Source: an uncultured virus (IMG/VR IMGVR_UViG_3300034200_001961)
Lineage: Duplodnaviria > Heunggongvirae > Uroviricota > Caudoviricetes
Virus record (IMG/VR): IMGVR_UViG_3300034200_001961
Reading direction: 5' to 3' (one strand)
DNA: 31,849 bases
A program made the translations under genes and the position numbers. Under the pieces are notes generated by a model. It saw nothing but the letters and a program-made list of their open reading frames with translations, ran no database searches and was not told the DNA's origin. The stretch's first letter is position 1; the number at the start of each line of letters is the position of its first letter. Shown here one piece after another: positions 1 through 8,640 of this stretch.

Positions 1-616
1 CGAGACGATCAACGTGCGCCCTTGCGGCACATACGCTTCCGGGCATGTAATCGGCGGCTTTGAATACTTCTCCGAGACCGCCAAGCGCACTCGCCGCTTC
101 CCGGAGTTTCCCGAGGAGTATCTCAACGACATCGGTTTGACTTGGGAGGGCAAGAACAAGGGGACCGGCGAGAAGGACCAGCCGAAGTATTTCCTCGCCA
201 TGACAGTCCTTAGCAAGGAGAGCGGTCAGTTCTCGATTCTGTTCATTCCGCAGCTCAAGCTGCGTGAACAGATGGAGCGCACTTTTGGCATTGAGGATTA
301 CATGTATGAGGGCGATTCCATTGCCCCTTACTACTTCTCGATCACTCGCACTGGCCTAAAAAAAGACACCGCCTACTACGCCACCCCGGCCCTCAAGCCC
401 GCCGACCCCGATTCCATCGAGCGCTGGGAAGCGGCCCGCAACGGGATCTGGCTGCCAGCCCTCTTTGACGGCGCCGACCCGTTCGCCGGCAGGCCTGCCA
501 CGGCCAAGGGCAAGCCTGCCAAAGGCAAGGGCCAACCTCCCGAAGCGACCGACGCCCTCGGCGCCCAGGGCGTTGCTCCCACTGCAGGTGCCCCCGGGGC
601 GGCTGATAAGTGGTGA
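1..616 (+). CDS. Probable phage single-stranded DNA-binding protein (5' truncated)
   Basis: The frame is open from the window start (ETINVRPCG...). It contains ITRTGLKKDTAY and LPALFDGADPF, which resemble phage SSB-like proteins with an acidic/aromatic DPF motif. It lies in the replication region. Confidence 0.5.
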   Translation, partial: ETINVRPCGTYASGHVIGGFEYFSETAKRTRRFPEFPEEYLNDIGLTWEGKNKGTGEKDQPKYFLAMTVLSKESGQFSILFIPQLKLREQMERTFGIEDYMYEGDSIAPYYFSITRTGLKKDTAYYATPALKPADPDSIERWEAARNGIWLPALFDGADPFAGRPATAKGKPAKGKGQPPEATDALGAQGVAPTAGAPGAADKW

Positions 617-1086
617 TGGATCGTGACTTGGCGGCAGCGGCGCGCTTCGCTGACCCCCATGCTATTCGTCAACCTTCAATTCTTCTCCCCATGAACCCTC
701 AATTCCTCGACCAGGCCACAGCAGCACGCTCCGCTAGGGCCAGCGCTTCGGCGCTCGACCAGTTGTCCGCCTTGCAGGAGACCGCCAAAGGCGCCCTGAT
801 GTACGGGCTCAGCGGGCTGCCTGTTTCGATTACGACTACCCAGGTGATCTTCGTGCTGCCGGTCACGATCTCTGAGGAGCGCTCCCAGGATGACTACCTC
901 CAGGCCTGCGACGAGCTGCTGGCTGAAGGGGCCATCGATTACTACCACTTCGTGAATCACACCGATCGCTGCCGCGCCAGCAATGGAAGCATCGACAACC
1001 TCTTCACCATGCTCGCCACCCCGCTGGTCATCGCTGTCCGCAAGCGAAGCGCTTGCTCTACTCGAGTTGGCCCAGCGGCCGGCTGA
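616..1086 (+). CDS. Hypothetical phage protein
   Basis: The ATG at 616 overlaps the upstream stop (TGATG). An alternative start is at 691, after a pyrimidine tract. Confidence 0.6.
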   Translation: MDRDLAAAARFADPHAIRQPSILLPMNPQFLDQATAARSARASASALDQLSALQETAKGALMYGLSGLPVSITTTQVIFVLPVTISEERSQDDYLQACDELLAEGAIDYYHFVNHTDRCRASNGSIDNLFTMLATPLVIAVRKRSACSTRVGPAAG

Positions 1087-1279
1087 CGTCAAAGCGATAT
1101 TCTCCCGCTGCGACGAGGAGGTGCTCCAGCACGCCTGGGCCCTCCTCGACCCCATCCAGCGGGGGGCCCTGCTTCTCACCCGCGTTTTTCGCGGGTCTTC
1201 TATCATTCTCGACAATTCCAGCTATGCCGACCCCGCAGACTTTGCCGGATCTGGTGAAGATTTTGATCAATCACCTTGA
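983..1279 (+). CDS. Hypothetical protein (98 aa)
   Basis: ATG start and helical, protein-like composition. It overlaps both neighbours. Confidence 0.5.
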   Translation: MEASTTSSPCSPPRWSSLSASEALALLELAQRPADVKAIFSRCDEEVLQHAWALLDPIQRGALLLTRVFRGSSIILDNSSYADPADFAGSGEDFDQSP

Positions 1280-1712
1280 AGGCATTGGTAATCATTTGCA
1301 GCTTCAAACCGCCAAGCTGACGGAGATTGCTGACAGCCAGCGAGAGGCGCTAGATCGCCTGAAATCCCTCGACGTCAACATTGACGGGTTCACCGATTCT
1401 GGCGCCAACTTGCGCACTTTCCAGGTCGATCAGTACACGACAGGCTTCTTGTCGCTGCTGGGGCCCTTGCTTTCGGCCAGGCTCAACAAAGAGCTGGGCA
1501 GCCGCTCGATCCCTGACCTCATAAAGGCCTGCGCTCCTCTAACACGAGATGCCCTCGAAGAGATGGGGGCTTACCGCCAGGCCCAGGCAGGCAGGGACCT
1601 GCTTGCCAACACGGCCGGCACGATGGGCGACGCCCGGACAGAGCCCGCCCCCGATCCCAGCTCCGACTGGGACGACCTGGATAGACAGCCCTTCACCCCG
1701 CCGAGCCAATGA
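1224..1712 (+). CDS. Hypothetical coiled-coil protein
   Basis: Likely ATG at 1224 (MPTPQTLPDLVKIL...). ATGA overlap with the next gene. Confidence 0.7.
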   Translation: MPTPQTLPDLVKILINHLEGIGNHLQLQTAKLTEIADSQREALDRLKSLDVNIDGFTDSGANLRTFQVDQYTTGFLSLLGPLLSARLNKELGSRSIPDLIKACAPLTRDALEEMGAYRQAQAGRDLLANTAGTMGDARTEPAPDPSSDWDDLDRQPFTPPSQ

Positions 1713-2701
1713 ACGAGTCTCAACCCTCCCCACCGAAAACCACCATCGAGGCCATTGGCCAAGACGCTCGCACCATCAAGGTAGCCTTCCAGCGCGATGG
1801 CGGCACCAAGTTCAGCGATGCGCCACTGCCGGGGGCCAGCCGGCCGGAGACCTTGCTTTGCTCTAGCGGCAACTTTTCCGGAACCGGCGACTACTTGAAG
1901 ACCTCTGTTGGCATTCCTGCTTTCGAAGACTGGCCTGACATGACCGTCGACTGGAGGCAAGACCTCCAGGGCAGGATCACCGACGTCCGTTTCACCAGGG
2001 GCGTGGCCCGCTTAACCGACCCACTTGCAATTTCTGCCATGAACATTGACCAGGCGCTCGAAAAAGCCATCAACAAAGCCATAAGCGAGCGCGAGCACGC
2101 TTTGGGCCTTGCGCTGAGCCTTGCGCTGGATCTCCCTAGCCAACACTGCCTTGCGGCGGCTATCCAAAACAAGGACAGACTCGCCTGCGTCAAGACTCCA
2201 ACCGCCGCCTGGTACTACGTCGACGGACGCTGCATTTATGGACATTCCCTCATGGAAACGCACTGGACGGAAGTCAAGTTTGGCCAAGGCCCCACCTACG
2301 TCACCGTGAAGGAAAGAACCCTCAACCCGTCCGACGCTCCAGCGTTTCAACCCCCCACCCCTCCGGCAGCCCCAACGCCCGACCCCGAAGAGGGCCATCG
2401 GATGCCGACAGAAGGCATTACCCACAGGCTGCCGAGGCCGGAAGATGCAGATGCCCTGGGCACGATCCAGGTCCTGAAAGATTCTCGCTGGCTGACCTGG
2501 AGCGTGGCTGCATTCAATGGGCACGCTTCCTGTTCCCCTCAGCTGCCCTGGATGCACACCCCCGGCTGGAAGCCCGATCCCTCGGTGCTCAAAGACCAAG
2601 CGATCGCGAGAGTCAAGGACGGCCGGGCCTATTTCACCTCCACTGACAAAGCGTTGATCCTGGCGGCCCTTGAGGCGGCCCCTGCGGAGCGGGCGGTATG
2701 A
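1709..2701 (+). CDS. Hypothetical mosaic phage protein
   Basis: 330 aa with ATGA coupling at both ends. A Pro-rich linker (PPTPPAAPTPDP) precedes a C-terminal ITHRLPRPEDAD...PWMH module. Confidence 0.8.
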   Translation: MNESQPSPPKTTIEAIGQDARTIKVAFQRDGGTKFSDAPLPGASRPETLLCSSGNFSGTGDYLKTSVGIPAFEDWPDMTVDWRQDLQGRITDVRFTRGVARLTDPLAISAMNIDQALEKAINKAISEREHALGLALSLALDLPSQHCLAAAIQNKDRLACVKTPTAAWYYVDGRCIYGHSLMETHWTEVKFGQGPTYVTVKERTLNPSDAPAFQPPTPPAAPTPDPEEGHRMPTEGITHRLPRPEDADALGTIQVLKDSRWLTWSVAAFNGHASCSPQLPWMHTPGWKPDPSVLKDQAIARVKDGRAYFTSTDKALILAALEAAPAERAV

Positions 2702-2949
2702 CAGCCTGGTGCGCCCCGCATAGCAGCAAGCCAAGAAGCGATCAGCAAATTGTTGACGAGTGCAACGCATTGGCACGACAGTTCTACAAAATGCAAGGCT
2801 GTGAACAATCAGCCGACTTCAAGTTCTACGAAGCTACCCATCCGGCCGAAGCGGGGTGCTGGAACATGGCCGCATTGGCTTACGACCACATTGAGGGCAC
2901 TGAAGTGGACGAGTGTCTCAGAGAGTTGGCGGAGCCTCCCAGCTGCTAA
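2698..2949 (+). CDS. Hypothetical phage protein (83 aa)
   Basis: ATGA overlap. The RSDQQIVDECNALARQFY...ATHP sequence resembles small phage proteins. A terminator follows. Confidence 0.75.
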   Translation: MTAWCAPHSSKPRSDQQIVDECNALARQFYKMQGCEQSADFKFYEATHPAEAGCWNMAALAYDHIEGTEVDECLRELAEPPSC

Positions 2950-3064
2950 AGTAGCCAAGCCTTCCGCCCCGCAAGAGACGGGCACGGAGGTGCTTCCTTG
3001 AAGCTGTCAGCTCAGGAAGCCTGGCTGGAGATTGGGACCTTCAGCTTCAGAGGGAGACATCTTC

Positions 3065-3100
3065 AAACGCCCTGGGCCTTCTCCGCCCGGGGCGTTTTTT
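3065..3100 (+). terminator. Rho-independent terminator
   Basis: Stem AAACGCCCTGGGC / GCCCGGGGCGTTT (one G-U pair) followed by a T run. Confidence 0.85.
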
Positions 3101-3144
3101 GTTGGCGCGTGCATCGCAAAGTCAGGCAGGCCTGCCCCTGAGTC

Positions 3145-3189
3145 TTGGCTTCGCAAGGCGCGCCTTCTACAATGGTCTCACCTGAGACC
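3145..3189 (+). promoter_or_regulatory. Sigma70-type promoter with adjacent palindromic operator
   Basis: TTGGCT (3145)-N17-TACAAT (3168), directly followed by the inverted repeat GGTCTCA-CC-TGAGACC (3174-3189). Confidence 0.65.
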
Positions 3190-3194
3190 CTTTC

Positions 3195-4013
3195 GTGTCG
3201 CTTCGCCTTGAGATCAATGGCCGGCGGCACTATCAGGTGGCTCCTGGGGTCTACGTCCCTTCAGTGACCACTGTCCTCGGGGCGACTGCTTCGCCGGCCA
3301 GCAAGAAGGCCCTGAACAACTGGCTGGAGAAGAACCCGGGCGGGCGGGAAGCCGCGGCCGATCGCGGCACGGCCGTCCATAAAGCCTGCGAGGACTACAT
3401 TCGCGGGCGCGTTGTTTCAGTCCCAGCTGAGATCCGCTGCTACTGGGACGGACTGGCGGCTCATCTCGACTCCTATGACAGCTTCATTTGGAGTGAGGTC
3501 CCCTTACTCCCCCAGCACAGGCACCTGATCGACGCCAAGAGCGGTATCGCCATGGTGCACTCCCTCCAGTACCGCTACGCCGGCGTTCCTGACCTGATTG
3601 CCTTGCGTAACGGGGCGCACTTCCTGGTCGACTTCAAGACTTCCAGCAACCCCTACTGCCGGTTCTTTCCCAAGCAGGACGACGACGAGATCCTCGCTGC
3701 CGGGGGGTCGTTCGGGGGGTGGATGAAGTACCTCAAATGCGCCACCCAGCTGGCGGCCTACAAGATTGCGATCAAAGAGACCCTGGGGGTCACCATAAAC
3801 CGAGTCGAGATCCTCACTTCCACGCCCCTGATCACGCAACGTTTCCAGATCTGTGGGCCCGAGCTCAAGAAGTTCGAGGTCAAATGGCTCCAGAAAGTTC
3901 GGGCCTACTACGACCTAGTCGCCCAGGAGACTGCAGCCGCAAGCGCCGGGCTCACCCTCGAGGAGTTGCTGGCCCTGCCGGCCGCCAAGCGGAAGGAGCT
4001 GGTGGCGGCCTAG
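3195..4013 (+). CDS. PD-(D/E)XK exonuclease (phage exonuclease, MGME1-like)
   Basis: Motifs PSVTTVL, RGTAVH, SE, YAGVPD, VDFKTS and QLAAY. Confidence 0.9.
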   Translation: MSLRLEINGRRHYQVAPGVYVPSVTTVLGATASPASKKALNNWLEKNPGGREAAADRGTAVHKACEDYIRGRVVSVPAEIRCYWDGLAAHLDSYDSFIWSEVPLLPQHRHLIDAKSGIAMVHSLQYRYAGVPDLIALRNGAHFLVDFKTSSNPYCRFFPKQDDDEILAAGGSFGGWMKYLKCATQLAAYKIAIKETLGVTINRVEILTSTPLITQRFQICGPELKKFEVKWLQKVRAYYDLVAQETAAASAGLTLEELLALPAAKRKELVAA

Positions 4014-4345
4014 AGGCGCTGGTCGGCCCGCGCCGGCCACAGGTTCCCGGGCACCTCACCCGGCGGCGTCAGCGGCAGAACGTCACCGGGATCTGGAGGC
4101 GGTGACCCCGCCGGCGGCATCCGGTACACGTCTTCGAGGATCTCCTTGCGCCGGCGCGCGTCGATCGCCGGGTTTGGTGTCACGTACCCCAGGGCGAACC
4201 CGCCAGCCCCGGTGAACAGACTGACCCCTTGCATATAGCAGCCGCCATCGAATTTAGTTCCGCTGACCCGGCAGTCCAAGATGTAGACCAGCCCGAGCGC
4301 AGTCAGCAATCCCGTCAGCGTGAAAACCGGTGCTGGAGCTTTCAT
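4010..4345 (-). CDS. Small membrane protein, holin-like
   Basis: Two hydrophobic segments and a charged/Pro-rich C-tail. ATGA-coupled to the upstream PAS gene. The holin role is inferred. Confidence 0.55.
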   Translation of the reverse strand: MKAPAPVFTLTGLLTALGLVYILDCRVSGTKFDGGCYMQGVSLFTGAGGFALGYVTPNPAIDARRRKEILEDVYRMPPAGSPPPDPGDVLPLTPPGEVPGNLWPARADQRL

Positions 4346-4980
4346 GATTCCTGCTCCTCAAATGTGTCGATACGCCCCATCCATCCGACCACGGCTCCGT
4401 CTACCCGCACCGCGTCGGCCATCACCCGCACCGGAATCAGCTGGCCACTGCGCACGTTCCGCAGTCTCAAGCGGTAACCAGGGAAATCTCGCTTGTCCTG
4501 CACGGCCGACCCCCAGTCCTCGGTGTAATGAGCCAGGTCCTCTGGAGCGATGCAGTTCTTCCAGCCCAGCCCGGCTGCATCTTCAGCTGTCATGCCCACC
4601 AGTTCCAGCAGGGGCCGACTGGATTGGACGTGGACGCCTTCAGCGTTGGTCGTGTAAGACAAGACCCCAGCCCCGTCACGCATGGCGTGAGCCTGCGCCT
4701 CGACGATCGCCAAGTGCCAGCGGATCCGGGCCAAGCATTGTTCGTTTCGTTTGGTCAGATCAAACAACGAGCCGCCGCCATTGGGATACAGCTGTCCCAA
4801 AACCAGGTCCAGCTTTCGCTGCGTCTCCCGGCCCGGCAGCCGCTTGCAGGCCCAGGAAGCCGACCTCCGCAGCAAGGGCCAGGTCCAGCTGTTCGTTTTC
4901 AAGAAGCCGTACCCCACCGCCCCCGCCCCGCCAGCCCAAGCAAGTCGCTCCAACAGCAGGGCCAACAGGACTGGATCCAT
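4342..4980 (-). CDS. Membrane-anchored PAS-domain protein
   Basis: Hydrophobic N-terminus, a LYPNGGGSLFD motif and a helical linker. A PAS_3-like domain follows (TNAEG...ELVGMTAEDAAGLGWKNCIAPEDL...W...YRLR...VVGWMG). Confidence 0.8.
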   Translation of the reverse strand: MDPVLLALLLERLAWAGGAGAVGYGFLKTNSWTWPLLRRSASWACKRLPGRETQRKLDLVLGQLYPNGGGSLFDLTKRNEQCLARIRWHLAIVEAQAHAMRDGAGVLSYTTNAEGVHVQSSRPLLELVGMTAEDAAGLGWKNCIAPEDLAHYTEDWGSAVQDKRDFPGYRLRLRNVRSGQLIPVRVMADAVRVDGAVVGWMGRIDTFEEQES

Positions 4981-5083
4981 TGCAACTGCCTACTCCTAAG
5001 CCGGAGACCTAGATGGGTTCTGCGCCCATTCTGCCACTACAGAGCAGTCTTGCGCTTCTGAGCGCCCAAGCGAATCGGGGCGG

Positions 5084-5154
5084 GTCGCAGTCGTCGCAAG
5101 GATTGACGCACTCTTGACGCAGTATTGACAAGAACAGGCCCGCCCATGCACACT
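5084..5154 (+). promoter_or_regulatory. Primase promoter with tandem TTGAC repeats
   Basis: TTGAC at 5103, 5114 and 5125 (11-bp period). TTGACA (5125)-N18-CACACT (5149). Confidence 0.55.
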
Positions 5155-5180
5155 CGAAACTGCATTCCTGCACTGCCGCC

Positions 5181-7550
5181 TTGACGCCGATCCTCTGGTC
5201 CGCCCACCCCGACATCCATGACAAACCTCTTTGGGAACCTCGTTTTGGTTATGGCTGGCAGCGGCGAGGCCCCGACCTCCAGGGCTTGATCGACCACATC
5301 ACTACTGGAGGCGCTTTTATTGCCGCCGCGATGACATCCCACCACCGCACGGCAGCGGCCTTTGAGTCCACATCCCTGGTGGCCATCGATGTCGACTATG
5401 GGCTGACCGCCGAAGAGTTCGCTCAACACCCCCTGGCTGCCTACGCCTGCTTCGCCTACACCACTCCGTCGCATGAACCGGAGGCCGGCAAGCACCGCTT
5501 CCGCGTCTTGTTTCGCTTGCCCGAAACCATTCACAGCGGAGAACTCTGCAAAGCGATTGTCACGATTCTCACCAATGCCCTGGGCGGCGACCGCAGCTGC
5601 ACCGACCCGACCCATCTCTTCTATGGCAACACCAAGGCTATCCGCCTGATCGAGGCACCAGACGCCGCTCTTGACGGGCAAATCATCCTTGACGCCGAGG
5701 CTTTTCTCGAACAGCAGCGCATTGCCTGCCGCGATGCCGCTTCCGAGGTCGACGAGCTTTCGATCCTGCGTGCCATCCATGTTCTCGAGCAGGTGCTCAA
5801 TCCCACTTGCGACGGCGAACGCGACAAGTTCGTCCGAATCTCAGCAGCCGCCCGCGCCGGCGGTGACGCTGTCTTTCCGGCCTGGTCTGATTGGGCCAGC
5901 AGAGGGCACCACGGATCCCAGAAGAACAAGCGCCAGTCCTCCGAGCGCTGGTTCCGCGGGCTCAAGGGAAGTTCCCTGGGCACCCTGTTTTTCCTGGCTT
6001 CCGAGCAAGACCCCAGCTGGCGCGACAGCCTGCCCGATGAACTGCGCTCTAGCGAAGGCCATGGCTTCAAGGGTCACTCCGACACCTATGCCGGCTACGA
6101 CGCGGAGGACTTCATGGGCGATCCAGCTATTTCGATCCCGAGCACTCCGCAGCCCTCGATGTTCGACCCCGAGTCCCCCTGGGCGAAGGTTGTAACGCTT
6201 TCTGCTTCTGCCGGCTACGAAGAGGAGGCCTTTCAGGGAGACCCACCCGAAAAACCCACAGGCGGCGACGGGGCCGGTGGGCAAGGAAAGCCCGACAAAC
6301 AGGGCCCCGGTCGTCCCAAGAAGGTCAAAAACGACCCGATCGAAACGATCATGGTCCGGCTGCGCAACCTCTACCCCAGCTTGCGCCGCAACGTCGTCAC
6401 CGACCAGGACGAGTTCGGTCCCAAGGGGAAGCCTCAGCAGCTGCCGGACTCCAGCACCACTTACGTCAGGCTCAGCCGCGGCACCGGCGACGTCTTCCCC
6501 AAAACACTTGTCAACGACTTGATCCAGGTGGTTGCCTACGAGAATCGCTACAACCCAGTCAAGGGCTACCTGGAGGGCTGTCTCTCTGGCCACACTCCTT
6601 GCCCCTACTTCGACCGCCTGGCCACTCAGCTCTTGGGCATTGAGGTTGAGGACAGCGATTCACTGGCCATCAACGGCCGCGCGGTGGCCGACGAAATCCT
6701 GCGGCGCTTCCTGATCGGGGCCGTGGCCCGTGCCATGCAGCCGGGGTGTGACATGCCCTGGATACCGATCTTCGTTGGCGCCCAGAATCTCGGCAAGTCT
6801 GCCTTCCTGCGCTACCTGGTTCCGCCCCAGCACTGCGGTCCCTCCTGGTCAGCCACGGTGCAGCAAGGCATCGGACTGCTCAAAGAGAAGCCGCACATGC
6901 TTCATGCCGGCTGGATCGTTGTTCTTGACGAGGTCGAGCGCTACTTCCAGCGCAGGTACGTTGAGGAGCTCAAGAACTTGATTTCGACCCCAGTCGACTA
7001 TTCCGCCAAGAAGTACCAGAACGAGGTTCACTACCCCCGGTCTTTTGTGATGGCTGGCGCCACCAACACCCGCGACTTTCTGGTGGACCCCACTGGAAAC
7101 CGGCGCTTCTTGCCGGTCATCATCCACGGCCGGGTGCCCAGCCCCGAAGACCCACGAGTGAAGATCATTGACCTCGACCGGCTGCAGCAGGACCGCGACT
7201 CGATCTGGGCAGCCGCCTACACGGCCTACCTGGCTGGCGAGCCCTGGACCTTCTCGTCTCACGAGCTGGCCCAGGTGAATGGCTACATCGATGGATTCAC
7301 TGCCGACAGCGGCATTGCCCCCTTGGTTGCCCGGGTCTTAAGCACTCACACCACCGGGCTGATCAGGGGCCGCCGCTACGTCCTGCTCAATGAGGTGATG
7401 CAGCAAATGGGCATCGAGGTGACCAAGTTCGCCCACATGCGGACTGCGGTCAGCGACGAGCTGAAGCGGCTGGGTTGGGAATCCAAGCGGGTCTTGATCA
7501 TGGCCAAGTTGACCCGGGTCTGGCTGGAGCCGGCAAGGGGGCAGTCATGA
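5181..7550 (+). CDS. Primase-helicase: AEP primase-polymerase + PriCT-2 + VirE/VapE-type P-loop helicase
   Basis: AEP motifs IDVD, YTTPSH and DRSCTDPTHLFY. PriCT-2-like segment AWSDWASRG. Walker A GAQNLGKS, Walker B VVLDE, and TN..FLVDPTGNRRF. Confidence 0.9.
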   Translation: MTPILWSAHPDIHDKPLWEPRFGYGWQRRGPDLQGLIDHITTGGAFIAAAMTSHHRTAAAFESTSLVAIDVDYGLTAEEFAQHPLAAYACFAYTTPSHEPEAGKHRFRVLFRLPETIHSGELCKAIVTILTNALGGDRSCTDPTHLFYGNTKAIRLIEAPDAALDGQIILDAEAFLEQQRIACRDAASEVDELSILRAIHVLEQVLNPTCDGERDKFVRISAAARAGGDAVFPAWSDWASRGHHGSQKNKRQSSERWFRGLKGSSLGTLFFLASEQDPSWRDSLPDELRSSEGHGFKGHSDTYAGYDAEDFMGDPAISIPSTPQPSMFDPESPWAKVVTLSASAGYEEEAFQGDPPEKPTGGDGAGGQGKPDKQGPGRPKKVKNDPIETIMVRLRNLYPSLRRNVVTDQDEFGPKGKPQQLPDSSTTYVRLSRGTGDVFPKTLVNDLIQVVAYENRYNPVKGYLEGCLSGHTPCPYFDRLATQLLGIEVEDSDSLAINGRAVADEILRRFLIGAVARAMQPGCDMPWIPIFVGAQNLGKSAFLRYLVPPQHCGPSWSATVQQGIGLLKEKPHMLHAGWIVVLDEVERYFQRRYVEELKNLISTPVDYSAKKYQNEVHYPRSFVMAGATNTRDFLVDPTGNRRFLPVIIHGRVPSPEDPRVKIIDLDRLQQDRDSIWAAAYTAYLAGEPWTFSSHELAQVNGYIDGFTADSGIAPLVARVLSTHTTGLIRGRRYVLLNEVMQQMGIEVTKFAHMRTAVSDELKRLGWESKRVLIMAKLTRVWLEPARGQS

Positions 7551-7825
7551 GCAAGAGACGCAACACAGACCGTGACCGTCGCCACTCGAAGAGCGAGCCG
7601 GCCCGAGAGGAGGGCGTCTCTCCGGCTGCTTTCCGCCGAGCCCGAGCGTCTTGGCTGAGTCTCACTGAGACAGCTGATTTCCAGCTCCTGCTGAGACTGG
7701 CTGCGCTGGAAGGCTTTCTTCCATGTCAGTCGCATCAGTCTCAGGCGAGACTCACGAAATCAGCGAGAATTGACGACCCCCTGTCGCTTAAGCCGGCTGC
7801 GGGGGAACCAGTCTCAAGGGGTTGA
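7547..7825 (+). CDS. Possible small basic protein (92 aa) overlapping the repeat region
   Basis: ATGA overlap with the primase stop. It may be a spurious frame across the GTCTCA repeats. Confidence 0.3.
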   Translation: MSKRRNTDRDRRHSKSEPAREEGVSPAAFRRARASWLSLTETADFQLLLRLAALEGFLPCQSHQSQARLTKSARIDDPLSLKPAAGEPVSRG

Positions 7826-8000
7826 CGCAAGAGCCTCACGAGCGCTTCCTTTCTGTCAGAAATAGAAACTCCACTGCGGACGCTTCATCCCTGTTTGTGC
7901 CCCCTTCCGAACACGCCCTGAATACCCGCTAGCCTCTGTGCGCTCCAAATCCGCATCCCATTGGCGGAAAGGGGGAAAACATTTCTGACAAGAAGGAAGC
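7659..8000. repeat. Iteron-like GTCTCA/TGAGAC repeats plus 20-bp inverted repeat; candidate replication origin or structured RNA
   Basis: Inverted pairs at 7659-7671 and 7737-7752. Half-sites at 7692 and 7811. Inverted repeat 7844-7863 / 7981-8000 matches at 18 of 20 positions. Confidence 0.6.
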
Positions 8001-8246
8001 ACCTATGCCCCAGGTGCGTCATGCCCCCCGGCCCCCTTCCAGCCCAACCGATCACAGCGAAGAGACCTCGTCATCGGCTCCCTAGCCACGCCGAACGGCT
8101 CTCGGCCTTTCCAGTCGCACCAAGCGGCTTCGGCTTCGGTGCCCTGGCCAGGGTCTCCTGGCTCCCGCCTTTCCCGCCCCTGGGGTCCGCGCCGGCATCT
8201 TCGGATCAAGCCTGCGCTTTAACCACCAATCTTCGAACTGTCCACC

Positions 8247-8576
8247 ATGCTCCTTGAGTTTCACGGCCACCAGTCGGTCCACCCCCTCGAAGGCCGCGAC
8301 CGGCCGATCGTTGATCGCCTGCTCGCCTGCACAGTGGACACCGCCACCGACACAGACGTCGTCGACCTGGCCCGCCTGGTCGCCCGCTATGCCGACTTCC
8401 AGGGCGCCTTCCCCCTGAAGAAGGACCTGATCCAGGCCGCCAAGACCTTGGGCTTCGCCAGTCGCGACGCCCTTAATGCCGCTGCCAGGCGCATTTGGCA
8501 GTCCGGCTACTCGCCAATGAGCGATCAGGCTGACACAGGTGTAGGATCTGGCGCAGACGTGCAGGCGGCCGAGTGA
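8247..8576 (+). CDS. DUF3288-family protein (cyanobacterial)
   Basis: HPLEGRDRPIVDRLL...DLARLVARYADFQGA...DL resembles the DUF3288 pattern. Confidence 0.75.
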   Translation: MLLEFHGHQSVHPLEGRDRPIVDRLLACTVDTATDTDVVDLARLVARYADFQGAFPLKKDLIQAAKTLGFASRDALNAAARRIWQSGYSPMSDQADTGVGSGADVQAAE

Positions 8577-8640
8577 GGCGGCTGGCGTCGTTCCCTCTCT
8601 TGAAAGCTTCTTGCTCCCTTACAAGCACTCCCAAACACTT

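Noticed and set aside
7650..7830. CRISPR array
   Set aside because: The repeats are only 6-7 bp, in both orientations and irregularly spaced, and there are no cas genes.
2950..8246. tRNA genes in the intergenic gaps (2950-3190, 7830-8246)
   Set aside because: No cloverleaf with a T-loop GTTCRA and acceptor stem was found.
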